A DNA stretch of 32,111 nt from Planctomycetota bacterium. GTDB lineage: Bacteria; Planctomycetota; Planctomycetia; Pirellulales; Lacipirellulaceae. Positions 1-9,187 of the stretch are shown in pieces. The position numbers and the translations under genes were made by a program. The number at the start of each line of letters is the position of its first letter. Position 1 is the stretch's first letter. The notes beneath the pieces are model-generated. The model was given only the letters and a program-made list of their open reading frames with translations. It was not told where the DNA came from and ran no database searches. The DNA lies in assembly GCA_039190745.1 (NCBI GenBank), contig JBCCXZ010000046.1, positions 1 to 32,111 on the forward strand, in the 5' to 3' direction.

Positions 1-2
1 AG

Positions 3-1592
<1,590 letters not shown>

Positions 1593-1618
1593 GCCTCAAC
1601 CATCCAAACGACCGAACA

Positions 1619-2032
1619 ATGAGCGAAGAAGAAAAGAAAATCATCATCGACGAAGACTGGAAGTCTCAGGTCGAAGCCGAGAAGCAGCAGGCGGCCGAGG
1701 CGCCGGAGCAGCCCGCCGCCGCGACCGCGTACCCGCCGGCTTCGTTCATGACGCTGGTGAGTCAGCTCATGACCGAAGCGATGGTCGCCCTGGGGCAGAT
1801 CCCCGCACCCGGTGCCACCGAGCCGAGCCTGAACCTCGACCACGCCAAGTTTGTGATCGATATGCTCGACATGCTGCAGGAAAAAACCGCCGGTAATCTC
1901 GACGACGGCGAGGCCGCCGCGATGAAAGACCTGCTCCACCAACTAAAGCTGGCGTTCGTCGCCGTCCGCCAAGGTCCGCCTTCGGCAGACACGGGTGAGG
2001 GAGCCGCCGAGCCTAAGATCGTCACGCCGTAG
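1619..2032 (+). CDS. DUF1844-family protein
   Basis: IIIDEDWK N-terminus, then ALGQIP...LDHAKFVIDMLDMLQEKTAGNL...LLHQLKLAFV, which matches my recollection of DUF1844. Lies 26 bp after pyrG. Confidence 0.8.
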   Translation: MSEEEKKIIIDEDWKSQVEAEKQQAAEAPEQPAAATAYPPASFMTLVSQLMTEAMVALGQIPAPGATEPSLNLDHAKFVIDMLDMLQEKTAGNLDDGEAAAMKDLLHQLKLAFVAVRQGPPSADTGEGAAEPKIVTP

Positions 2033-2279
2033 CGTGAACTAACAGGCAAAAAGGCCGGCGAAGAAAGCAAAGCCACACCCGGCCGACTGACGCTGGCATC
2101 CGTCGCCTAAGAGCCTATCCGTAAAGACTTGCATCCCCGAGCCGGTGACAACGGTCGAGGGTGGTTCAGGCTGGGGTTCCCGGTCGGGTGTGGCTTCGTA
2201 GTCCTGACGTTCCGGTGCTTGAATATCGTTAGGTTTCTGGGAGGGGAGTCTGCGCCCACGGTTGCCTTCGTTGAGCGAC

Positions 2280-2780
2280 TCAGCCCGAAAGGCTGTCGAA
2301 CAATTTGCGGAAGCCCGGCATCTGCTCGCCGACGTGGCTATGCCAAGGCGTCGGGTCCCAAACTTCCAAGCAAACCGCCGCGCCGACGACAATCACCTCG
2401 CCCCCGGGCTCGACGCCGAGGAAGCTGCGGAAGCTGTCGGGCACCGCAACCCGCGACTTGCCGCCGACCGGCACCGTGCGGTGCCGCGTCGAGAGTAGTC
2501 GGCCGAGCGTCTGCAGCTCTTCGGCCCGGCCTTCCAGCCGCCCGCCTCGGAGCTTGCTGGCAACCAACTCAACGCCGCTGGCCATCCACTCATTCCAGCG
2601 GTCCGGCTGCCAAAGGCTCAGACAACCGGGCCGTTCCTTAGCAACCACACACTCACCGGCTCCGCCGAGCAATGCCGCCGAGATCTCGTTGGGCAGCGAA
2701 AGCCGGTGCCGCTCATCCAGCGAGCGGGACCATTCGCCCAAGAGCAGCGTTCTCGCATCGTCCGCAGCAACCAAGGGCAA
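2280..2780 (-). CDS. mraZ: MraZ-like (AbrB/SpoVT fold) transcriptional regulator; start uncertain (TTG)
   Basis: Two MraZ-type half repeats: GEWSRSLDERHRLSLP...CLSLW and VGGKSRVAVPDSFRSFLG...VIVVGAAVCLEVWD. Confidence 0.75.
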   Translation of the reverse strand: MPLVAADDARTLLLGEWSRSLDERHRLSLPNEISAALLGGAGECVVAKERPGCLSLWQPDRWNEWMASGVELVASKLRGGRLEGRAEELQTLGRLLSTRHRTVPVGGKSRVAVPDSFRSFLGVEPGGEVIVVGAAVCLEVWDPTPWHSHVGEQMPGFRKLFDSLSG

Positions 2781-2952
2781 GCCGCCAATTCTTATACTGG
2801 GCTGATTTCCCCTCCTGGAAAATACTATTGATTTGTTTTGGGCTTGTTACCCACAAGACAATTTATAGCGTCCCTGCAGATTCCGGCAAGTAGGCGTGCC
2901 GATTCACGTCAAAAGACTATGAAAACAGGCAGAAGGCTCCGCCAGCGGGCCG

Positions 2953-4338
2953 CTACCTGTCCTGACCCAGGGTCCGCTTCCGGCGGAGCAGATGGTGGTA
3001 GTGCTGGGCGAACCGGTGGGACTCGTCCCGCACGTACTGCAGAAGCCGTAGGGCGAAAGAGTGCCTGGAGAGCCGCAGCGGCTCCGGCTCGCCCATCCGG
3101 TAGATCAACTCTTCCTTCTTCGCCAGCGAGAGCACCAGCGGCGGCTTGATTCCTAGCGCCTCAAACGCCTGCATCACCCGGCTGAGTTGCCCCTTGCCGC
3201 CGTCGATCAGCAGGATGTCCGGCCGGCTCAGCGTGCCGTCGTCCTTCGGCCGGAACCGCCGCGAGACGACCTCTTGCATGCTGGCGAAGTCGTCGATCCC
3301 CTTCACCTCGCGGATGCGGTACCGACGGTAGCCCGGCTTGAACGGCAGGCCGTCGATAAACTGCACCTGGCTCGCCACGGTTTCCTCGCCGCCGAGGTGG
3401 GCGATGTCCATCCCCTCGATCGTCCGAGGCTGCTCGGTGAGGTGCAGCACCTTCTGCAAACCAGCCAGCCCCTTCTTGGGATCGACGTAGAAAACCTCCG
3501 GCTGCTCGTGCGTCTCCAGGTCGCCCCGGTCGCTGAGCGACTCGATCAAGTGGATCTCGTCTCGCAGTCGGGCGGCCAACTCGTACCGCAGTTCATCGGA
3601 GGCCTGCTGCATCTCAGCCCGCATCTCCTTGAGCAGCGACTTCCGGTTACCGTCCAAGAACTGCCGCAGCCGGGCGATGTCCTTGCGGTAGTCCTGCTTC
3701 GAGATCGACAGGTTGCAAGGGGCCGTGCACTGCTGGATCGACGCGAGCAGGCAGGGGCGGAACCAACGCCAGCGCTCGTCGTCCTCCTCGATGTCGAGCG
3801 AACAAGTGCGGAACTGGAACACCCGTTGCAGCGCCTGCAACGCACCCCGCAGGCTCCCGACATTGGCAAACGGGCCGTAGAGCTTCACGCCCGAGTTGCG
3901 CGGTTCGCGCGTGATCTCCACCCGCGGGAAGTCCTCGTGCGTCGTCACTTGCAGGTAAGGGAAGGTCTTGTCGTCCCGCAGCTCGCGGTTGTGGGGCGGC
4001 TGAATGTCTTTCACCAGCCGCGACTCGATCAGCAGCGCATCGACCTCGCTCTCGGCTTCCATGAAGTCGACGTCGTACGCCTCCTTTACCAGCCGCTCGG
4101 TCCGCTGGTCCTCGGCCGCGGCGCGCAGGAAGTAGCTGCCGACCCGGGCGCGGAGGTTCTTCGCCTTCCCGACGTACAGCACCCGACCTGCTTGGTCTTG
4201 GAAGAGATACACCCCCGGCGTGTCCGGGAACTTGGTCCGCACCTTCTCGGCCGCACGCAAGAAGAATTCCGCCTGGGTCTTGGGCGTCCCCGCGGGTTCG
4301 CCGGGCGGTTCGTTTGTGATGTTCGGTTCGTCGGCCAT
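2953..4338 (-). CDS. uvrC: Excinuclease ABC subunit C-like protein, short form without C-terminal HhH
   Basis: GIY-YIG (PGVYLF...YVGKAKNLRARV), Cys-rich segment (RTC...RPC...QCTAPC), UVR coil (LRYELAARLRD), RNase H-like domain (IEGMDIAH, LIDGGKGQ, RDESHRFA). Confidence 0.92.
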   Translation of the reverse strand: MADEPNITNEPPGEPAGTPKTQAEFFLRAAEKVRTKFPDTPGVYLFQDQAGRVLYVGKAKNLRARVGSYFLRAAAEDQRTERLVKEAYDVDFMEAESEVDALLIESRLVKDIQPPHNRELRDDKTFPYLQVTTHEDFPRVEITREPRNSGVKLYGPFANVGSLRGALQALQRVFQFRTCSLDIEEDDERWRWFRPCLLASIQQCTAPCNLSISKQDYRKDIARLRQFLDGNRKSLLKEMRAEMQQASDELRYELAARLRDEIHLIESLSDRGDLETHEQPEVFYVDPKKGLAGLQKVLHLTEQPRTIEGMDIAHLGGEETVASQVQFIDGLPFKPGYRRYRIREVKGIDDFASMQEVVSRRFRPKDDGTLSRPDILLIDGGKGQLSRVMQAFEALGIKPPLVLSLAKKEELIYRMGEPEPLRLSRHSFALRLLQYVRDESHRFAQHYHHLLRRKRTLGQDR

Positions 4339-4403
4339 CGGTTCCTTATGGTAGGCAACGCCTGAAGAACCGACTACGCGGGCCGCCCGTCACACGATGG
4401 CCG

Positions 4404-6209
4404 TCACACGCCAGAGAACGCCCGCAGGCTTGCTTCTACCGCGTCGAGCCGTGCTTGCAGCTCCGATTTGGTTTCTTCCAGGTCTGCCAGCTGCTCGGCC
4501 GGCTCGTACGCGAACATATAGAGCTTGATCTTCGGCTCGGTACCGCTGGGGCGGATCGCGACGTAGTTCCCGTCCGTGGAAAAATCGAGAAGGACCAAGT
4601 CCCCCGTTGGTCCTTCCAGGGGAGACTTGGAGCCGCCGGGCTCAAACGTTTCGTTGTTCAGATAATCGCGGACTTTCGCGACCGCCATCCCGCCCACCTC
4701 GCTCGGCGGGGCCGACCGGAACGACGCCATCACCTCCTTCATGCGGGCCATGCCCTCGCTACCCGGCATCTGCACCGAGATCGTCCGCTCGGCGTGGGCG
4801 CCGTGCTGCCAGAACAGCGCATCCAGCTTCTGGTGCAGCGTCTGCCCGTCGGCCTTCAGCCGGGCAGACAGTTCGCAGAGCAGCAACGCCGCGACGGCGC
4901 CGTCTTTGTCACGCACGTGCTTCCCGGCCATGTAGCCATGCGACTCCTCGGTGCCGTACAGAAAACCTTCGGGGCCTTCAGCGTCGATCACGCCAGCGAT
5001 CCACTTGAACCCCACAAGCAGGTCGCCGAACGTGCGGACGCCGTAGCTGTCCGCGATCCGACGCAGGAGGTTGGTCGTCACCAGCGTGGTAATCACGAAA
5101 CTCTTGTCGTCGATCAAGCCCGCGTCTCGACGCGTCTCCAGGACATAGTCACCCAGGAGCGCCCCGATCTGGTTGCCGCTCAGCGTCTCCCACGACGAAT
5201 CGGCGCCCGGCGTCAGCGGGGCCGAGACGCCGATGCGGTCGCAATCGGGGTCGCTCGCAACGGCGATATCGGCGCCGACTGCGCGGGCGTGTTCCACGAT
5301 CGCGTCGAACACCTGCGGGTTCTCGGGGTTCGAGACGTGCCCAGGCACGTTCGGGAAATCGCCGTCCGGCTCCGCGTGCGGGCCGAATACCTCCACGTCT
5401 TCGAACCCAGCGCCCGCGAGCACGGGTGACACGGCCGAGCCGCCCACCCCGTGCAGCGGCGAGTAGATGACTTTCAGCCCCCGCGGCCCGTCGGTCGACT
5501 GTTCGAGCACAGCCTGAATGAACGCCGCGTCGACTTCCTCCTGGCACTTGACGATCCGCCCGTCGGCGAGCGCCTCGTCGAAGGGCGTCCGGACGAGCTC
5601 TTCCACGCGGCCGACTTCGTCGATCACGCCCTTGTCGTGCGGCGGCAACAGCTGCCCGCCGGTCGACCAGTACGCCTTCACGGCGTTATCGCTCGGCGGG
5701 TTGTGGCTCGCGGTAACCATGATGCCGCACGAGCACGACTTGTACCGCACAAGGTAAGAAAGCTCCGGCGTGCTGCGGAAGCCTTCGAGGAAGTAGACCT
5801 TGAACCCCGCCGCGACCATGATCTCCGAACACAGCTGGGCAAAGTGCGGAGAGCGGTGCCGTGTGTCGTAGGCGATCGCGGAGGAGAGTTCGCCCGACTC
5901 CTCGTGGTGGGCCTTCACGTAGGTCGCCAATCCCTGGGCGCTCTCGCCGATCGTGCGGTCGTTGATCGCGTTCGAGCCGATCGGGTACATCTTCCCGCGG
6001 CGGCCGCCGGTGCCGAAGGGGATCGTCGTCCAGAAGGCGTCGTCCAACTCCTGCCACTTGCCGGACGTGATGTGCTCGGCCACCTCGGCGGCGTAATCGG
6101 CGTAGCGGGGTTGGGTCAGCCACGTCTCGATGTTCTCCGCCGCCTTTGGCGTGATCTTCGAGTCGCCCTGAGCTTGCTCGACGAGGGACAGCAGTTGCTC
6201 GGTATCCAT
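4404..6209 (-). CDS. pgm: Phosphoglucomutase/phosphomannomutase (alpha-D-phosphohexomutase)
   Basis: FGTGGRRG, catalytic TASHNP, metal loop DPDCDR, EESHGY, RPSGTEPKIKLY. Confidence 0.93.
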   Translation of the reverse strand: MDTEQLLSLVEQAQGDSKITPKAAENIETWLTQPRYADYAAEVAEHITSGKWQELDDAFWTTIPFGTGGRRGKMYPIGSNAINDRTIGESAQGLATYVKAHHEESGELSSAIAYDTRHRSPHFAQLCSEIMVAAGFKVYFLEGFRSTPELSYLVRYKSCSCGIMVTASHNPPSDNAVKAYWSTGGQLLPPHDKGVIDEVGRVEELVRTPFDEALADGRIVKCQEEVDAAFIQAVLEQSTDGPRGLKVIYSPLHGVGGSAVSPVLAGAGFEDVEVFGPHAEPDGDFPNVPGHVSNPENPQVFDAIVEHARAVGADIAVASDPDCDRIGVSAPLTPGADSSWETLSGNQIGALLGDYVLETRRDAGLIDDKSFVITTLVTTNLLRRIADSYGVRTFGDLLVGFKWIAGVIDAEGPEGFLYGTEESHGYMAGKHVRDKDGAVAALLLCELSARLKADGQTLHQKLDALFWQHGAHAERTISVQMPGSEGMARMKEVMASFRSAPPSEVGGMAVAKVRDYLNNETFEPGGSKSPLEGPTGDLVLLDFSTDGNYVAIRPSGTEPKIKLYMFAYEPAEQLADLEETKSELQARLDAVEASLRAFSGV

Positions 6210-6335
6210 GAGTCCGTCTTCGGGATGTCGCGGCCGGAGGTGAAACGGGGTACGCTTGAAAAAACCCCGGTCTGGGGAACCAGTCTAGGGAACAAAGTAC
6301 CAAAGCCCCAGAAGCCCCGGCTAGTGGACCGACCC

Positions 6336-7274
6336 ATGCCTCGTATCCCCTATTGGATTCTGCTTGTCGGGCTGGCTACAGCGAACCCGGGCCTGGCATT
6401 CGGGGAGTCAGAACCCTCGGCCGAGAAGCCCGCACGCGCCCGGCCGCCCGAGTGGGGCGACGAAGCCGCGAGCGTATTCTTCACGGATGTCCGCGACGTG
6501 CTTGTGGGGGAGCGGCCAAGCCTGGGCGATTCCTCGAGACGGACCGAACAATCAAGCCCCGACCAGCGGGCCCCTGGCATAGCTTGGTCGGACGCCGTGC
6601 CCGGCGACGTGGTGATCACGGAAATCAAACGGACCGTCGGTCAACTCGAGGCCTCGCTTGCCAGCCCGGGTAAATTCCGCGGCGGCGGCAACGCTGCAGC
6701 TGAGAAACACTTTCGCTGGCTTGCGCTGCTGTTCGCTATCGTCGAGGAGTTCGACGCCGAGGTCCGCTGGAAGCGCGAAGCCGCAGGCTTAAGAAACTAC
6801 GCCGCCGCCGTAGCCGAGGCGTGCAGCGGAACCGACGAGTCAGCCTACCAGCGAGCGAGTCTTGCAGGGCAGGACTTTGCCGACCTCGTCCGAGGCCAAC
6901 GACCGGCGGTTTCCGAAAACCCCTCGGCCGACGATTGGTCCCAACTCGCGGATATGTCGCTGGTCATGCGGCGGATGGAACTGTCGCTCGAAAACCGAGT
7001 GAAGGCCGCGCTCGCCAACCGCAAATCCTTTCGCCGCCTCTCTGACGAGGCCTCCCACGAGGCCGCGTTGCTCGCCATGTTGGCTTCCGCCACGGTGCAC
7101 GAGGGATCCGATTACGCAGGCGACGACGACTTCGAAACGCTCGCTAGGAAGCTCCAGGTGTCTTCCCGCGACCTCATGAAAGCACTGGAAAACCGCGAGT
7201 ACGAAACCGCCCAGCAGTCGGGCGCCGCGGTCACCCGCTCGTGCGCTGAGTGCCACGACTCATACCGCGGCTAA
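6336..7274 (+). CDS. Exported cytochrome c'-like protein, 312 aa, single C-terminal CxxCH
   Basis: ATG at 6336 gives a signal-peptide-like start (MPRIPYWILLVGLATANPGLAFG). Helical body ends SCAECHDSYRG, the heme-motif position typical of class II cytochromes c. The upstream part of the track ORF (5451-6335) is mostly antisense to pgm. Confidence 0.78.
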   Translation: MPRIPYWILLVGLATANPGLAFGESEPSAEKPARARPPEWGDEAASVFFTDVRDVLVGERPSLGDSSRRTEQSSPDQRAPGIAWSDAVPGDVVITEIKRTVGQLEASLASPGKFRGGGNAAAEKHFRWLALLFAIVEEFDAEVRWKREAAGLRNYAAAVAEACSGTDESAYQRASLAGQDFADLVRGQRPAVSENPSADDWSQLADMSLVMRRMELSLENRVKAALANRKSFRRLSDEASHEAALLAMLASATVHEGSDYAGDDDFETLARKLQVSSRDLMKALENREYETAQQSGAAVTRSCAECHDSYRG

Positions 7275-7302
7275 TTGGTCCGGCGTAGGCTGGATTGCGA
7301 TC

Positions 7303-7345
7303 TAGCCGTAAGTCCTTCTGGGGCATTGATTTGCGGCTATTCTCT
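7303..7345 (+). terminator. Candidate terminator hairpin after the cytochrome gene
   Basis: TAGCCGTAAGTC (7303-7314) pairs with GATTTGCGGCTA (7328-7339): 12 bp including two G-U pairs, 13-nt loop, followed by TTCTCT. The U-tract is weak. Confidence 0.35.
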
Positions 7346-7460
7346 GCTCTATTGGCCGTTGTATTCGGCGTTTTCTTCCATAGCGGTGAACCAACTTCGG
7401 ACGATGAGTGTCGTGGTTGTCGTGCTGGGCAATTGGTCGTATTGGGCGGGCTCGAATCGC

Positions 7461-7489
7461 TTGACCCGCGCCGCAATGCCTGACACACT
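7461..7489 (+). promoter_or_regulatory. Candidate sigma70 promoter
   Basis: TTGACC-N17-CACACT, with TG at 7481-7482 (extended -10 position). Confidence 0.45.
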
Positions 7490-7565
7490 CGAAATGCCGG
7501 ACCGTCCGGCTCGATTTTCATCCACCCGGTTCTCTCCAGCAGCGCACCGCGCAGCGAGGGTCATC

Positions 7566-7868
7566 ATGCGTAAGTCTCAATTGAACGTCCGCACTCTTGG
7601 CAACTCCTTTGTTGGCCAGGTCGTCGCCGTCGTCGTTCGCAATGAGAAAACGCGCACGATTACCACGCGCATTCTCATGGCGCTGCTACCGATCGCCCAA
7701 CGGCTCGGGCTGTCTCGGTCGGCACTGTATGCCGGCCTGATGGCGCCTGCTTATGCAGCAGGCGAATCCATGGGCCGGGCCCGGTCCAGCGCGTCCTGTA
7801 TGGGCGTGTCTTGGCAGGGCCCGTGGCAACGGCACGACCACGCTTCGTGCCGCCTGCCGGCTGCCTAG
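7566..7868 (+). CDS. Candidate 100-aa hypothetical protein or leader ORF upstream of the ECF sigma
   Basis: ATG at 7566 preceded by GAGGG (7556-7560) and a candidate promoter. Fills an otherwise empty 759-bp gap. No family recognised. Confidence 0.4.
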   Translation: MRKSQLNVRTLGNSFVGQVVAVVVRNEKTRTITTRILMALLPIAQRLGLSRSALYAGLMAPAYAAGESMGRARSSASCMGVSWQGPWQRHDHASCRLPAA

Positions 7869-8033
7869 ATCGCCAGACCGCTTGGCAATCTAGCTCCACC
7901 GCAGGCCGCCGCCTGGACCCGCGCCGTCGATCCGTTGCGATCGTCGAGTGTCTCCTTGTTGGCCGTCTGTGATACCCATTTTCCAATCCGCGGGCCCGCC
8001 GCGTCGGGCCCCCCGGTGGAACCGGAGAGAATC

Positions 8034-8612
8034 ATGGCTACTGCAACCCTTGATGAAACCCAGCTCCAAGACGCTACGACCGCCGAGCTCGTACTCGCCG
8101 CGCAGGACGGCTGCCGCGACTCTTACGGCGAGCTCGCCGACCGGTTCGGCCGCATGATCTACGCCGTCTGCCGCCAGCGGCTCCGAGACGACTCGGAGGC
8201 CCAGGAGGTTGCGCAGGAGGTGCTGATCAAGGCGCTCGAAAAGTTGCACCAGCTCAAGGAGCCGGCCGCGTTCGCGGGCTGGGTCCGGTCGATCGCCGTG
8301 CGGCAGTCGATCAACCGCGGCACGCGGCGTCCGCCGGGGATCTCCGTCGAGCCGCAGACCCTCGAGTGTTTGCAGGAAGGCGGCGGAAGCCCCTACGAGT
8401 CGGTCGTCGCCGACGAGCGGGCCGATCACCTGCACGCCGGTCTGCACCGGCTCGGGCAGCTCGACCGTACCACGCTGGTAGCCTTCTACCTGCAGGGCCA
8501 GTCGCTGGCCGAGATGAGTGACGACTTCGACGCGCCGGTCGGCACGATCAAGCGCCGGCTGCACGTTGCCCGGAAGCGGCTCGCGAAGGAGCTTGAGTTC
8601 CTGGCAGTTTAA
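8034..8612 (+). CDS. ECF-type (sigma70 group 4) RNA polymerase sigma factor, 192 aa
   Basis: Region 2 (EAQEVAQEVLIKALEKLHQLKEPAAFAGWVRSIA) and region 4 (SLAEMSDDFDAPVGTIKRRLHVARKRL). ATG 8034 follows GGAGA. Confidence 0.93.
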   Translation: MATATLDETQLQDATTAELVLAAQDGCRDSYGELADRFGRMIYAVCRQRLRDDSEAQEVAQEVLIKALEKLHQLKEPAAFAGWVRSIAVRQSINRGTRRPPGISVEPQTLECLQEGGGSPYESVVADERADHLHAGLHRLGQLDRTTLVAFYLQGQSLAEMSDDFDAPVGTIKRRLHVARKRLAKELEFLAV

Positions 8613-8613
8613 A

Positions 8614-8635
8614 GCCCGGCTGCCTGAAGCCGGGC
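8614..8635. terminator. Hairpin between convergent genes; possible terminator
   Basis: GCCCGGCT-GCCTGA-AGCCGGGC, a perfect 8-bp stem right after the sigma stop codon. Only a short T-run on the minus strand. Confidence 0.4.
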
Positions 8636-8745
8636 CGATTGACGCTGGCGTCCGGCGAGCCGGGACGCTGCTGGGTGTGAGAACGCGGCGTGGTTGGAGC
8701 GGAGCTCCGGCCGCGCCGCTTCTTTCAATCGAGAGGCGCGGATTT

Positions 8746-9153
8746 CTAGAATTTCCGCCAACCCCACAAGGCAGTGGCGGCCCATCCGATCAGCATGCTC
8801 AGCCCGCCCAGCGGCGTGATGGCCCCAAGCCAGCGGAGGTTCGAGCCCACGAAGGTCAGCCCGTAGAGCGACCCGCAGAACAGCAGCACGCCGAGAAGGA
8901 ACCCCCCGGCGGCGATCGACGGAACGGCTGTGCCCGCCCGAGAAGCGGCAGTCGCCAGGACTAAGAGGGCCAGCGCGTGGTACATCTGGTAGCGCACGCC
9001 GGTCTCGAACCACGCGAGCCGTTTACTCAGCTCGTCGCCGTAGCCAAGGTGCTCGATGCGGCCGCTCAGGCCGTGGGCCCCGTACGCGCCCAGCCCGACG
9101 GCCGAGCCCGCCAGCACCGCGGCGATTACAAATACAACTCGTGCGCTGAACAT
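8746..9153 (-). CDS. DUF423 (YgdD/TMEM256-like) membrane protein
   Basis: LGAYGAHGL, FETGVRYQMYHALAL, LFCGSLY, GAITPLGG...IGW. Confidence 0.92.
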   Translation of the reverse strand: MFSARVVFVIAAVLAGSAVGLGAYGAHGLSGRIEHLGYGDELSKRLAWFETGVRYQMYHALALLVLATAASRAGTAVPSIAAGGFLLGVLLFCGSLYGLTFVGSNLRWLGAITPLGGLSMLIGWAATALWGWRKF

Positions 9154-9187
9154 AGTCTCCGCCGATCGTTCTCCAGGACTAGCGAGG

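Noticed and set aside
2039..2279. Short ORFs in the DUF1844-mraZ gap (2039-2392 minus, 2129-2641 plus)
   Set aside because: They overlap mraZ, lack clear start signals and have no recognisable motifs.
5451..6335. N-terminal half of the 607-aa track ORF
   Set aside because: Mostly antisense to pgm. The credible protein starts at ATG 6336 with a signal peptide.
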